Source: Nageia nagi (lineage: Eukaryota > Plantae > Pinophyta). Taken from it: a DNA stretch of 64,000 nt. Shown here piece by piece: positions 25,042-37,216 of the stretch; position 1 is the first letter of the stretch, and the number at the start of each line of letters is the position of its first letter. Where the stretch lies: assembly GCA_050084985.1 (NCBI GenBank), contig JBITNC010000002.1, positions 17,856,001 through 17,920,000 of the forward strand, read 5' to 3'. The position numbers and the translations under genes are program-made. The notes under the pieces were generated by a model. The model did not search any database. It was not told the origin of the DNA and saw only the letters and a list, made by a program, of their open reading frames with translations.

Positions 25042-26364
25042 GCCTTGGAAGCTCCTCTTCACATCCTTGTTGTAAAGCTTGGTGTGGAAGCTCTTCATCT
25101 TGGAGGTCTTCATTCCTCATCCTACACTCGTTTGTTGAGGTCAAACTAAAAGAAGGTATAAATTTCCTCCCCATTTATTTTATGGGTTATTGTATCATGC
25201 TACTAACATATTATTTGTATGTGTTAGTTCATTTGAGCATAATATGGCTAACAAAATTGCAAAATATTTTAGTTTAAGCTATCCTCCTATGTTACTTGCA
25301 ATTGTTTTAATTGTTACAAATTTTTTTAGTAGGGGTTATTATATGAAAATTTATGTAATATTACAAAAGTGATACTACTTTGTAATATTACAAAATATGC
25401 CTAAAAATTAATTAAAAAAAAATATGATGCAATTTGTTAAGATTAATTTTTTGGTTCTACTTAAAAAAAAAAAAAATTGGGAAAAGCTTAGTAAACAAAT
25501 TACAATATTTCATTATTTGACTTAAAAAAAATTAAGTATCTAACTTAAATTTTAAGTCCTTAAGCATTCATCACCTTAAATTAAGGTCAAAGCATGTTTC
25601 ATTAATTTAAACATTTAAGTATTAAACATGCATCATTTAAACATAAGCATGCATTAACTTAACAAATAAGTATTAGGCATGCATAAAATTTAAGTACTAA
25701 ACATTTAACTTAAAATTTAAGCAAGCAACATCCATTAAATTTTAAGTAAAAAAATTCACACAAATTCCCCTTTTTACTTAAAGTTGTACCCCTAAAGATA
25801 GCCTACTTAGCTTAACTTAATACTTTATCCTTAAAAGTATTTTACATGCAAAAAAGAATTCTAAGTATACATCCATTCTAATTTTAAGTAAATACACTAT
25901 ATTTTCCCTTAATAGCATTAAAGAAGTAAGATTTCCCCTTTTACTTAAAAATTGATCTTAAGGCAATAGTATGCCTAGTTAATTTGAGAAGTGCTAAGAT
26001 CTTCTTTAAACATTTTGCCTAAAAAAGTTCCGCCAAGTAGACAAAAAACAAATAAACCATCATAATCTCTGCACAAAAATAAATGAAGGGAGAAGCCTAT
26101 ACTCCACTTTATGCAATTAATATGTCAAAGAAAACCTACACTCTACCCAAATGCATTAAGTTTATTAAATTTAATGTTATTTGAGTTCTATACTCCATCC
26201 ATCTATTTAATTAAAGTAATTCATGATGAGAATAAAAAAAGTATTATCTAAATAAAAAAATTGAATGGGCTTCAAGTGAGAAAACAAAGGCCAATGCAAA
26301 GTGGAGAAGTGGGGAAAAATGAAACCAAAGAAGATTAAGCAGAGAAAGGGGAAAAATGCCACAC

Positions 26365-26520
26365 GTGGAGGAAAGAGAAATAGTAAGCTGCTTCTTGGAA
26401 GTCCAAAAGATAGCATCTGAACCAATGTTAAACACATATGCAAAGGTTGATTTCCTATCATCTTTATCTCCGCCATAGTTAGAATTTGAGAATCCAAAGA
26501 GAACAAATGAAAATAACTTG
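26365..26520 (-). pseudogene. Inverted copy of the copia RT/RNase H junction inside the E2 leader
   Basis: Reverse complement reads FVLFGFSNSNYGGDKDDRKSTFAYVFNIGSDAIFWTSKKQLTISLSS, homologous to ~2687-2840 and ~30366-30518. Confidence 0.9.
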
Positions 26521-26910
26521 AAACCTAATCAAAATTAATAATTTTGGTCAATCCAATAAATGTCATAACCTTGAAAAATAATAAGTACTTCTCTTTGTGA
26601 AAGTATAAAATTGACTAAGACAAACTGGTTGAGAATTGGTAGTACTTGGGCTCCTCTTGTGTGGGCATCCAGGTGAAGGCCTAATTTTAACAAAAAAAAC
26701 AAGCCTCAATAATGTCACTCTACATCTATGGTTCTTGAGATAAGAAATATATTTAGGTACATAGATTATTTGAGTTGTAAAATATTTGCACTTATGAATC
26801 AAATCAAGCATGTCTCTATTGTTAAACGTAACATGTATTATTTAAAATTTAACATTTAATATTGTTTATTAAACCACATACTTATTATTTTTCACATTCT
26901 TGTATAGCAA

Positions 26911-29900
26911 ATGGGAGAATCTGTTTTACCCAAATACATTCTTAATGGTTATAACTTTGAGATTTGGAAACCATAAATGAGAGATGAATTACAAGCAAGG
27001 AAGCTTTGGCAAACAGTGAATGAGAACCTTGTTCCTTCTATAGATGAGAAGGCACTAGAGGCTTAGAACATGAAGAATGAGTTGGCAACCTCCATTATTT
27101 ATTGTGCAATTTTAGATGATATGCTTTTGATGGTTTCCTCTTCAACCTTGATGAAAGAAGCTTAGAATAAACTTAAGCAAATCTACCTTGGTTCAAATTT
27201 TTCAAGAAAGTTTACCATTCTCTAAAAGTTGCTTCAATCTCGTCAAGGGGAAGATGAAAATGTTACCATCTACTTAAACAAAATCATTGATCTAAAGACC
27301 TAACTTGTTACTTATGGGTGTAATTGGATCAATGATATTTTCATGGTCTTCATCATTCTTTAAAACCTTTCTTCAAGGTTTGGAAACTTTATGATGGTTA
27401 TGAAAATAAGGCTTGATGATGAAGAAGAAGTCTTCTCCCTTGAAAACTTTTCTAGGCACCTTTTGAAGCATGAGAAAACCTTTAACAATAAGATGTTGAT
27501 TTCTCTTCTTAAGGATAATAACATTGCTCTTGGAGCAACTAAAATTCCTTTCAAAAAAATATTCAACCATAAAAAGAAATCTTATCTGTTTTTCTTCAAA
27601 ATATTTGAGAAAAGAGGTAATAGTTACAACAGTAATAGGAATAATAAAAATAATAATCATAGTAGCAGAAATAATGGTAACAACAACCACTTCAAGCAAA
27701 GAAATGAAAAATGCAAATCAAGCAATCCATATCCTAAAGAAAAGTTTAATGGTAATTATAACTATTATGGCATCCAAGGTCATAAAAAAGTTGATTGTTA
27801 CAAAAATAAAAGAGAAGTAGAGAACAAATGTAATGGAAATGTAAAGAATTACAAAGGAAAGAAGAATATTCAAGCTGGTTTTGTTACGATGCTCTACTCT
27901 TTATCTCGCTCTTTTTTATTTGATTGGATTGTTGATTCTAGTTGCACTAATCACCTATGCTTTGAAAATGAAAAGTTTGAAAACTTTTACAAGTATAGAA
28001 AAGATGCGATTATGATAGGTGATAACTCTACCTTTGAAATCTAAGGAATTGAGAGTGTGCTGATTCATGAAAAAGTTTTTGAAAATATTCTCTATGTTTC
28101 TAAGTTAAGGATGAACCTTCTCTCCGTGATCCAAGTTGCTAAAAAAGGGTACTCTTTTAAGTTCGACTCTCAATCCTGGTGCATTAAAAAAGGACTTTTC
28201 ACATTGGTTAAAGGATCTATGAAAGATAACCACTACATTATAGATCAAGTTTCATCAAATGTGTGTTTTGCTTCTAATGTGTGTTCTAAAGGTAATCTTT
28301 AGCATCATCATTTAGAACACCTTAACCACAAGAGTATTCAAGTCATGAAAGACCAAGAACTTATGGTAGGTTTGCCTTCAATTTCTTCTTCAATTGATCT
28401 ATGCGAGAAGTGTATTCTTAGCAAGATGCATAGATAAAAATTTAAAAAAGATAAGGCAACAAGAGCATCTCAACCTCTTGAACGTGTGCATTCAGATTTA
28501 ATAGCTCTGTTTCAAACTAAATCACTTAGAAGAGCATCTTACATCTTGACCTTCATTGATGACTTTAATATAATGACCTTTGGGTATCTACTTGAGCATA
28601 AGGGTTAAACCTTTTAGAGTTTTAAGATTTTTAAGGCCTTTATTGAAAATCAAACTAACCTTAAAATCAAGATGTTGAGATAAGATAATGAGAGAGAATA
28701 TAACAATAATGAGTTCAATGATTATTATGCTAAGTATGGAATCAAGAGGTAGTTTACAATTATATACACTCCTTAGTAGAATGATGTTATCAAAAGAAAA
28801 AATAGAATAATTATAGAGATGGGTAGATGCATATTGGGTAATCTTCCTAAATTCTTGTGGGGTGAAGCTATGAGCACTGCTATTTACACTTTGAATAGGT
28901 GTTCCATAAAAGTCATTTAGAGTAAAAATCCTTTTGAGGCATGGTTAGGAAGAAAACCTAACATTTCTCACCTTAGGTTGTTTGGTTGTGAAGCCTTCTC
29001 TTGCATTATTTTTGAGAAAAGGAAGAAGTTGGATAAAAGAGTTAAAAAATGCATCTTTATGGGTTATGACAGTCAACATAGAGGCTAGAGGCTCTACTCT
29101 CCATCATATAAAGTCTTATTTATTTCAAAGGATGTAAAATTCAATGAAAAATTCAATGAACTTAAAGAATCTACTTCTAATAAGAATGTTGATGATCTAG
29201 AGGAATCTTCGCTGGTTAGATATTGATTTAGACAAGTCATCTCAAGAATAAAACTCTCCAACTCAAGGGTAACAAGGAGCATGACCTTGAACAAATCTTT
29301 AATTATCAAGATTGATAATAAGCATGAGCCTCAACCTTCAAAGAAGCTTCTAAGCACAAGTGTTAGATGGAAGCCATAAAAATGGAGTATGAGGCGCTTA
29401 TGAAAAATAAGACTTGGGACTTGGTTCTTTATCATAATGAAAAGAATATGATTGGCAATAAGTGGATCTACAAGGTCAAATTCAATTCAGTTGAAGATAT
29501 TAAAAAATACAAGGTAAGGTTAGTAGCTAACAATTTTGCTCATAAATACGATATAGATTATGAGAAAACCTTTGCTCCCATGGCAAAGATGCCTACTATG
29601 AGAATTATCTTTGCTCTTTCTACAACTTAAGGATGGAATGTTTTTCAACTTAACAATAAGAGTGCATTTCTAAATGATGACTTAGAAGTGAAAATCTTCA
29701 TAAATCAATCAGAAGGGTTTATTGTGGAAGGCAAAGAATCCTTTGTGTGCAAGCTAAAGAAGCCATTATATGGATTTAAGCAAGCACCTAGAGCCTGGCA
29801 CAGGAAGATTTTAGGATATTTTACAGACATTAGTTTCTCTAAGTGTTTTTTTGACTCAGATATATATGTGCTCAATTAGGGAAAAGACATGGTCTTGATT

Positions 29901-30872
29901 CTCCTTTATGTGGATGATCTTCTAATAACTAAAAATAATGATGAAATCATTCAAGAGTGCATATCCAAACTTAAGGTAACATTTGAAATGACTAATCTTG
30001 ATCTCTTGCATTACTATCTTAGAATGCAAGTGTATCAATATAAGGATTGTACTTATATTAGTCAATCTAAGTATATATCAGACATCTTGCAAAAATTTGA
30101 AATGGAGGAATGTAGTTATGTTGCGATCCTAGTTTCTCCTAAAATCATTATTTCTCTGAGGTCTAACTCTTAGTTGGTTGATGCTAGAGCTTACACGTAA
30201 TTAATTGGTAGTCTTTTGTACTTGACTATTTCTAAACCAAATATTGCCTTTGCAATGAATCTGATGGCATTATTCATGCAAAAATCATATGTTAAGCACC
30301 TTAATGTTGTAAAGCAAATCTTGAGGTATGTTGCAGGGACCAAGGATCTTGCTCTTAAGTATTCTAAGTTATCTTCATTTTTTCTCTCTAGATTCTCAGA
30401 TTTTGACTATGTGGGAGATAGAGATGATAGAAAATCCAACTTTATGTATGTTTTTAGCATTGGTTGAAGTGCTATCTCTTAGGCTTATAAGAAGCAACCT
30501 ATTATTTTTCTTTCCACCATAAAAATTAAATACCATGCCATGTCTGTTGCAGCCCAAGAAGGCATTTGGCTAAGGCATCCTCTAAAAAAAATTAGGTATG
30601 ACTAAAGTGGCTCATCTTTGATTTCTTCAGATAATCAATCGATTATATTTTTGGCTAAGAATCCTATGTTTCATTAGAGAATAAAACATATGAAAATCTA
30701 TGCACATTTTACCAGGAAAAAGGTTCTTGATGGCATCATACACCTAAAGTCTTGTCCATCTACCTTGAACTCTGCTAATTTGTTCACCAAGCCCCTCTCA
30801 GAAGCTCAGTTTTGTAAGCTTAGGGATGTTATCGGGTTGGTGAAGTTTTCCTCAAGGGGGAGTGAAATTTGA
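26911..30872 (+). pseudogene. E2 gag-pol, many stops and a frameshift
   Basis: ATG GGA GAA at 26911; DWIVDSSCTNH; LYVDDLL; ends KFSSRGSEI*; collinear with E1. Confidence 0.93.
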
Positions 30873-31592
30873 ATTCTTATGTTGAATTCATGTTTGTGAT
30901 GATAACTTCACCTCTAAGAGGATTTTATGCTATATGGTGTTGATATTATTGTACACCTTCATGGTAAGTTTACTTTGCATAAAGAACTTGTTGTATAATT
31001 TTTTGAGTATAAGATTGATCAATATAGCACTATTCAGTTATCCATGTGTGAGGAACTCTTATGCATCTTTTGGCACTGTTCAGTTATCCATATGAGAGGA
31101 ACTCATATGTGCATTTTGTTTATGCTCTATTTTGTAATGATAATCAACACATGTTTTATAAATAGCAGGTGATAATTAGTTTTGGCTTGGCATCTTCGTG
31201 ATGACTTATAGTGCACCATTGATCAATTCATTATGGCATTTATGTGATTCATCTATCCTTATTGAGATGAATATGTTACATCTAATTGATCTTATTATTT
31301 GAGCTGCTTATGACTTGCAAGTTCCTTTGAGATTGTAGGTTACTTATCTCAGGTATGCAGGCTCTTGGAGACTCTTCATAACTTTTAGTTGGATGACTAC
31401 TTCATGTCAATTGAAATCGATTATGGTTAATGATTGTATTTAGCAAAGTAGTGAGTCTCAAACTAGATCTTTCTTACTTTACAAATATGTAAAATTTCTT
31501 ATCTTCGTTGTATCTATTAGGAGGAGAACTCTCTTACTTTCTTTCTTTCTTTTCTCTTGTTCACTCTATCCCAATATTGCATTAAGGGGGAG

Positions 31593-32091
31593 TGTTGGAA
31601 TGTATAATGCATTATTGTAAAGGTTTGTATTAATCCTCTTTGTAAATTCACTAATACTTAAAGGTATCATTAGATACCTTAAGTATTTAAGTGAATATGA
31701 TAATGTAACTAATCTTACACTCCATGTCATGAGCATGCCCCTTGGGTAAAAGGATGTGCATGTCATACTTTTGTACATTGGATAAAAAGGTGATCTAAAG
31801 AGGGATTTTGGCCTATACATAGAAGGCTCCCTTTTTAGATCAAACACCAATTGTGGAGTAAAGTTATCATATAGGATAGTTCTTAAGAATTGAGATTAGG
31901 AGGATTGTAAGAGAGTTGTATTTGTGATTGAAGTAAAGATCTAGTTAGTGGATGTACTCTTAACTGGAGGAACCACTTATATCTTATGTTATCTTTATGA
32001 GATTGCTTTGTGAGTTTGTTAGATGTGTATTGTGAGCTTTCATATGATCTTAGGAGTTTAGAGTTGTTTAGTTTATACTTAAAATCTCTCA
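31593..32091 (+). repeat. E2 3' LTR
   Basis: Follows the PPT; TGTTGG...TCTCTCA. Confidence 0.93.
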
Positions 32092-32398
32092 AAAGGATGA
32101 TTCAAAGAGGGATTTTAGTCTATAAATAGAAGGCTCCCTCTTTGTGATCACACACAAATTTGTGAAGCAATGTTATTCTCTAAGATAATGATTAGGAGAT
32201 GAGTAGGAGAATTATAAGAGGTTCATATTAGTGAATGAAGTAAAATCTAGTTAGTGGATGTACTCCTAGTTGGAAGAACCACTTTATGTCTTGAGTTTTT
32301 TGTGAGATTATCTTTTTGAGTTATCTAGATGTTAGATTGAGCTTCCATGACATCTTGGTAGTTTAAGATTGTTTATGTTATATTACAATCCCTTCATT

Positions 32399-32410
32399 TG
32401 GTATCAGAGC
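32399..32410 (+). other. E3 primer-binding site (tRNA-iMet)
   Basis: TGGTATCAGAGC, 2 nt after the LTR end. Confidence 0.93.
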
Positions 32411-35400
32411 TCCTTTTCATATCTTTGGTGTTGAAGCTCTTCACATTCAACTTAGAGTTCCTTATTCTTTATCCTTCATTCCATTGTGGAGGTAAAAGTT
32501 CTTCAAAAGTATAACCTTCATCTTCTCTCTATCTTAGACTACTAACATTTTTTCTGTTAATGTTAATCATTTTTTTATGACAAAATATGCTTAAAATAAC
32601 AATATTTTTTTATCATTTTATATATATACTAACATGTCTTATTATTAGTTATAATTTTTTAAAATTGCTTTAATTTTGCATATCTCTAATTTTTTTTGAA
32701 GGTTTTATCATATATATATATTCTCCTTCAAAAATCACATGGAAAATTCTAATGAAAGGTCACATATTTTTTGTGCCTACCATAACTCTTTTGTCAAAAC
32801 AGATGTATTCTACTATTTTTTTATACTAACAAAAAAATTAAAGTAATTATTTTACTACATTTTTTACTATGTTTGTATGTCAATCAAAAAGAGGGAAGAT
32901 ATATATATATATATAATTTTTTTGACAACAACAAGGTTCTTTACTACAATCAAATGTTATTTCTCCATACATTTTTTGTAAAACATTTTTTTCAAAAGGC
33001 TATAAATATATTTAAACCAAAAAAATCCCTGTTCAAAGGTCTATGGGTGCATGGCCTACTAGGTCTTGCATCGCCTCTAGCAGCCGCAGCTGCACGCCAC
33101 TCCCTTTCCTTTGCAAGCTTATTCAGGTGCGAATTTTTTTTGTGAAATCTTGGCCCTCTACTCTGCTCCTTCACGCTATCCCTCGTTGACCACTAGGCCC
33201 TCTTACTCCTCTCCTAAGTGTCACTTAAAGCTGCTCAGCCTCTCATAGCTCTCCCTAAACTACTCATAGTGTTAATCAAGCAGCTACGAGGGTCTCCTTT
33301 CCTCCATAGTCCTTCCTCCTTCCCAGTAGGGTCCCCCTCTCTCCTTTCTCCTCCTAGGATGTTTCCCTTTCAACAAGTTAAATTCCCCTCTGTGTGAACG
33401 TTTATGAGCCTTGCATGTCAACATTCTACATTCTTTCCAACTGAGCATAGTATATATCAAGGCACTCGTCTCTTCTTCCTCACCAAGATGCATGGCTATG
33501 CAGCCTCTCGAGGAACTCACGACCTTTCTCCTCACCCTCTGCATTCCCTCCTCTCCTTTTTTTGTTGTTTATTAATTTTGTTTCCTACTTACTTTAGTTT
33601 CTTGGTGGGTGACCATATGTGTTTTATTTTTTAGTTGCTCTAATAAATTTTTGCCTCCCTTGACAAGTCATTTATCCTCTTTATCTTAGAGCATTAATGA
33701 ATTTTCTTTTTCTTTTTTAAATTGCATAGAGAAAAAGGTTTCTTATTGCATTAAGTATTTTGCTTTATTTATTACATTGAGGTCAAAGTAAATGATAACT
33801 TATTAATTATTTACCTTGTCTACTTGGAGAAAATCCTGAAAAACATACTAAAGGGATTTTTTTAAAAGAGAAAAGTATTTTTTTACTTATATATTGCTCT
33901 TAAGTAAAAATGGAGGATATATATTTTTTAACTAATTTTTCTTTGGCAAATATGCATTAATAATTTTTATTTGTCCTTATAAGTATGGCATAGTCTAAGT
34001 GATAAATTGTTTAGTGTAAACTTCAATTTTTTATTTACACATTTATTAAAAGGATCAAATTATTTTAAGTAAAAGGGGGAGATATTTATGAACTTCTTTA
34101 CTTAAAACTTTTAGATTCTTTATGCCTAAAATACATATTTATCACTTAGAATTTTTTTTAATGCTTGTGCAAATAATGCATGTTTATGCCTTTTAAGCAT
34201 TTATCTTTTATACAATGCTATAAGTGGACATATGCAAACAATGGATATGATGCATGCTTCTTACTTAATTTTTTAAGTTATGGGATTAATGCATGCTAAG
34301 TATTTTCTTATGCAAAGTTAATATACATGTGCAAATTATGAACCTATGTAAAGATGTCCTTTAGGGGTTAGTAAACAAAACCCATTGGACTCTTAGGTTT
34401 CAAAAATTGCAAATAGATGATGTTTTTACTTATGCTCTTTTGCTTCATATTTCATATTTTGCTTTATTTACTTATGCAAAAATCGCAAACATTGAAATGA
34501 ACAACCACCTAAAATGAACACATTCATATGTATATTCTGCAAAATGACTCGTTTGGAGAGCCACAAGGTGAGGATAGGTAGATTGGAATCTTTAGTTTGA
34601 CTATCTAAATGGTGAAAAATTTGTACTTCTCAATTGCCCCTAAGTCCTCTTTTGGTTTGGATATAATTCCAATAGGTGGACAAGCATGTGTGTAGTGATA
34701 CCATATATCTACATATCCATTTAGGGATTATCCTAATAACCTAGGAGGATAATTTGAAATCTAATCAAGATTAATAATTTGGTCGATCCAATATACATTA
34801 TAACCTTAGAAAATAATAAGCACATCTCTTTGTGAGAGTATAATACTACCCAAGGTAAACTGGTTGAGAATTGGTAGTACATGGGCTCCACTTTGTGGGC
34901 ATCCATGTGAAGGCCTAATTTTATACAAAAAAATAAGTCTCAACAATGTCACTCTACATCTATAGTTCTATGTGATGACAAATGTATTGGGTACATGGGA
35001 TGTATATTTAAGTTGTAAACATTTGCACTTGTGAATCAAATCAAGCATGTCTTTTTTGCTAAATTTAACATGTATTATTTACTTATTTGTATAAAACTAA
35101 ACATATAATGTTATTTTTTAAACCACATGCTTATTATTTTCACATTCCTGTGTAGCACATGGGAGACACTTTTTTACCCAAACACATTTTTTATGGTTCT
35201 TTGGCATTTGAGAACCTCATATGAGAGTTGAATTACAGGCAAGGAAGCTTTGGCAAATAGTAAATGAGAACTTTGTTGTTTCTACAGATGAAAAGGCACT
35301 TGAAGCATACAACATGAAGAATGAATTGGCAACCTCCATGATTTACACCTTTGAGTGGCTCAAAAATAGCAACTATGGGTTCCATTTTGAGGCCCATCAC

Positions 35401-37216
35401 TTTTTGCAGGTTCCATTGTTGAGGCCCATCACTTTGAGTGGGTTCCCTTTAAGGGAACCTTATGTAGCTTTTTACAACTCTTCTTCCATTTGAACCCTTT
35501 CTTAAATCTCTCATTCTTTCTTGCTCTTATCCCTATGGGATTTTAATTTACAATAGTCACACTATTCATTCAATAGTAGTTCCACTATTTGATGAATAGT
35601 TTACTACCCATTAATCTTGCTCTTTGATTGGTCTTTATGCCCTTCTTGGTTTAGATAATGTAATCACCTTTTTTTTCTTCCATGCACTTCATTAACCTTA
35701 ATTTATCAAACTATTATACATTTGTCATGCACATTTTTCTTATCTCATTTTTCATGATGACAAAGAATAAGGGGGAGGATGCATTAATTATTAAATCCTA
35801 TATCATCTTAAAAATGCTCATACATCAAAATTAAGTATTCCTTGATTATTTGCAATCTTATTATACACATTGTGAATAATCTTGATTACAAATCAAGCAC
35901 TTGTTGATAGTAAAACTAAGTAGAATTGTCAGCATGACTAGGAGAGTTGGAATTAGAACTCTCAGGATCTGTGATAGGCAAACTAGGTATATTGAATAAT
36001 GTAACATGAGTGATTAGGGAGAAATGACACCTAATATTGAAAAATGGGTAGTACACACATTGATCCCCTTCTCGAGTTAATCATGAAATATAAGTGGACT
36101 TCCAATGAAGATCTCATCACCATAGTATGAATGCAACGATATAAGGGTGGTAGTACTCTTAAGGATGCAACATGGGAGGACCTGCATAATGTAGAAAATG
36201 AAAGACCAAAGGTGTCTAAAAATAATAAAGGATGATCTTCCATGTCTAGTTCGAGCGATAGATAAGTGTGATTATGAGGTGCAATTGCTCGACATCCTCC
36301 AAATGATGGATAAAGTAGATAGCCCATCGATAGAGAATTCAATGACCCTATATGTAAACCAAGTTTTATCACAAAGTAGTCTATAGCATAATGCAAGCAT
36401 GTTGTATGACTTGATATTGAATGCATCGATAAAAAACTTTTTGGGGAAGATTGGTGTGAAGAACTTGAAAAATGGTCCTATCCATGATGAATGAAAAATG
36501 AGTCAGATCTCTACTAAGGTATCATAAATAAGAAAAAGCAATGGTGATCAAATAAAATGAAATGAACTTATAGAATTGCAAAAAAACTAGATCATTGATC
36601 ATAAATGGGAACATCAAAATGGATCAAGCATAGAAGTACAAAGATCAATGTGATAGTGTACTTGACCATTGATTGATTAATCAAATATTTGAGACATGAC
36701 TTACATACTTTATTAAAAAGCTAGAAAAGATTCCCATTAACAAGCCCAAGTGGATGGCACTTACGGTGTGATTAGTGCTCGATATAGTGAATGATCATCA
36801 GAGTTAGAAGAATTAGCATCATCTTCAGATGCGCTAGAATCTGATGTGTCCAATCATAAAATATATTAATGTGAAAGAGGTAGAAAGTGACAAGAAAAGG
36901 AAAATTGATGACATAAAATATGATATCCACCTCGTTAAGCAATACGAAAAGGGTATGTGGATGACCACTATAGACTATGCTGATAAATTACCCATGCAAT
37001 AATGAGTGGTTTGAAATACTCTTATGGATGCAGGGAAGACGATCTGATGCAGCATATGAATTGTAAAAGATAGCGATTGAATGTGGTATAAACCATTATA
37101 CACCATGTTCAATTGAGCCAACTGAGCAAATGAAATAATAGGTGAACATGATTATTAAGATTAAGATGAAAGATCATGCAAATACTATAATAATCATTTA
37201 CGTACGATTGAAGAAA

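Larger units (their letters stand above)
24529..32091 (+). mobile_element. Full-length decayed copia E2 nested in the E3 LTR
   Basis: Two 499-bp LTRs, PBS, PPT, gag-pol; TSD AAAGG at 24524-24528 and 32092-32096. Confidence 0.95.
24325..35346 (+). mobile_element. Copia E3, 5' half: split 5' LTR (24325-24528 + 32097-32396), PBS, 2.7-kb leader, truncated gag
   Basis: TGTTGGAATG start at 24325; LTR resumes after E2 and ends CCCTTCA; gag ATG 35159 (ELQARKLWQIV) breaks off at ~35346. Confidence 0.85.
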
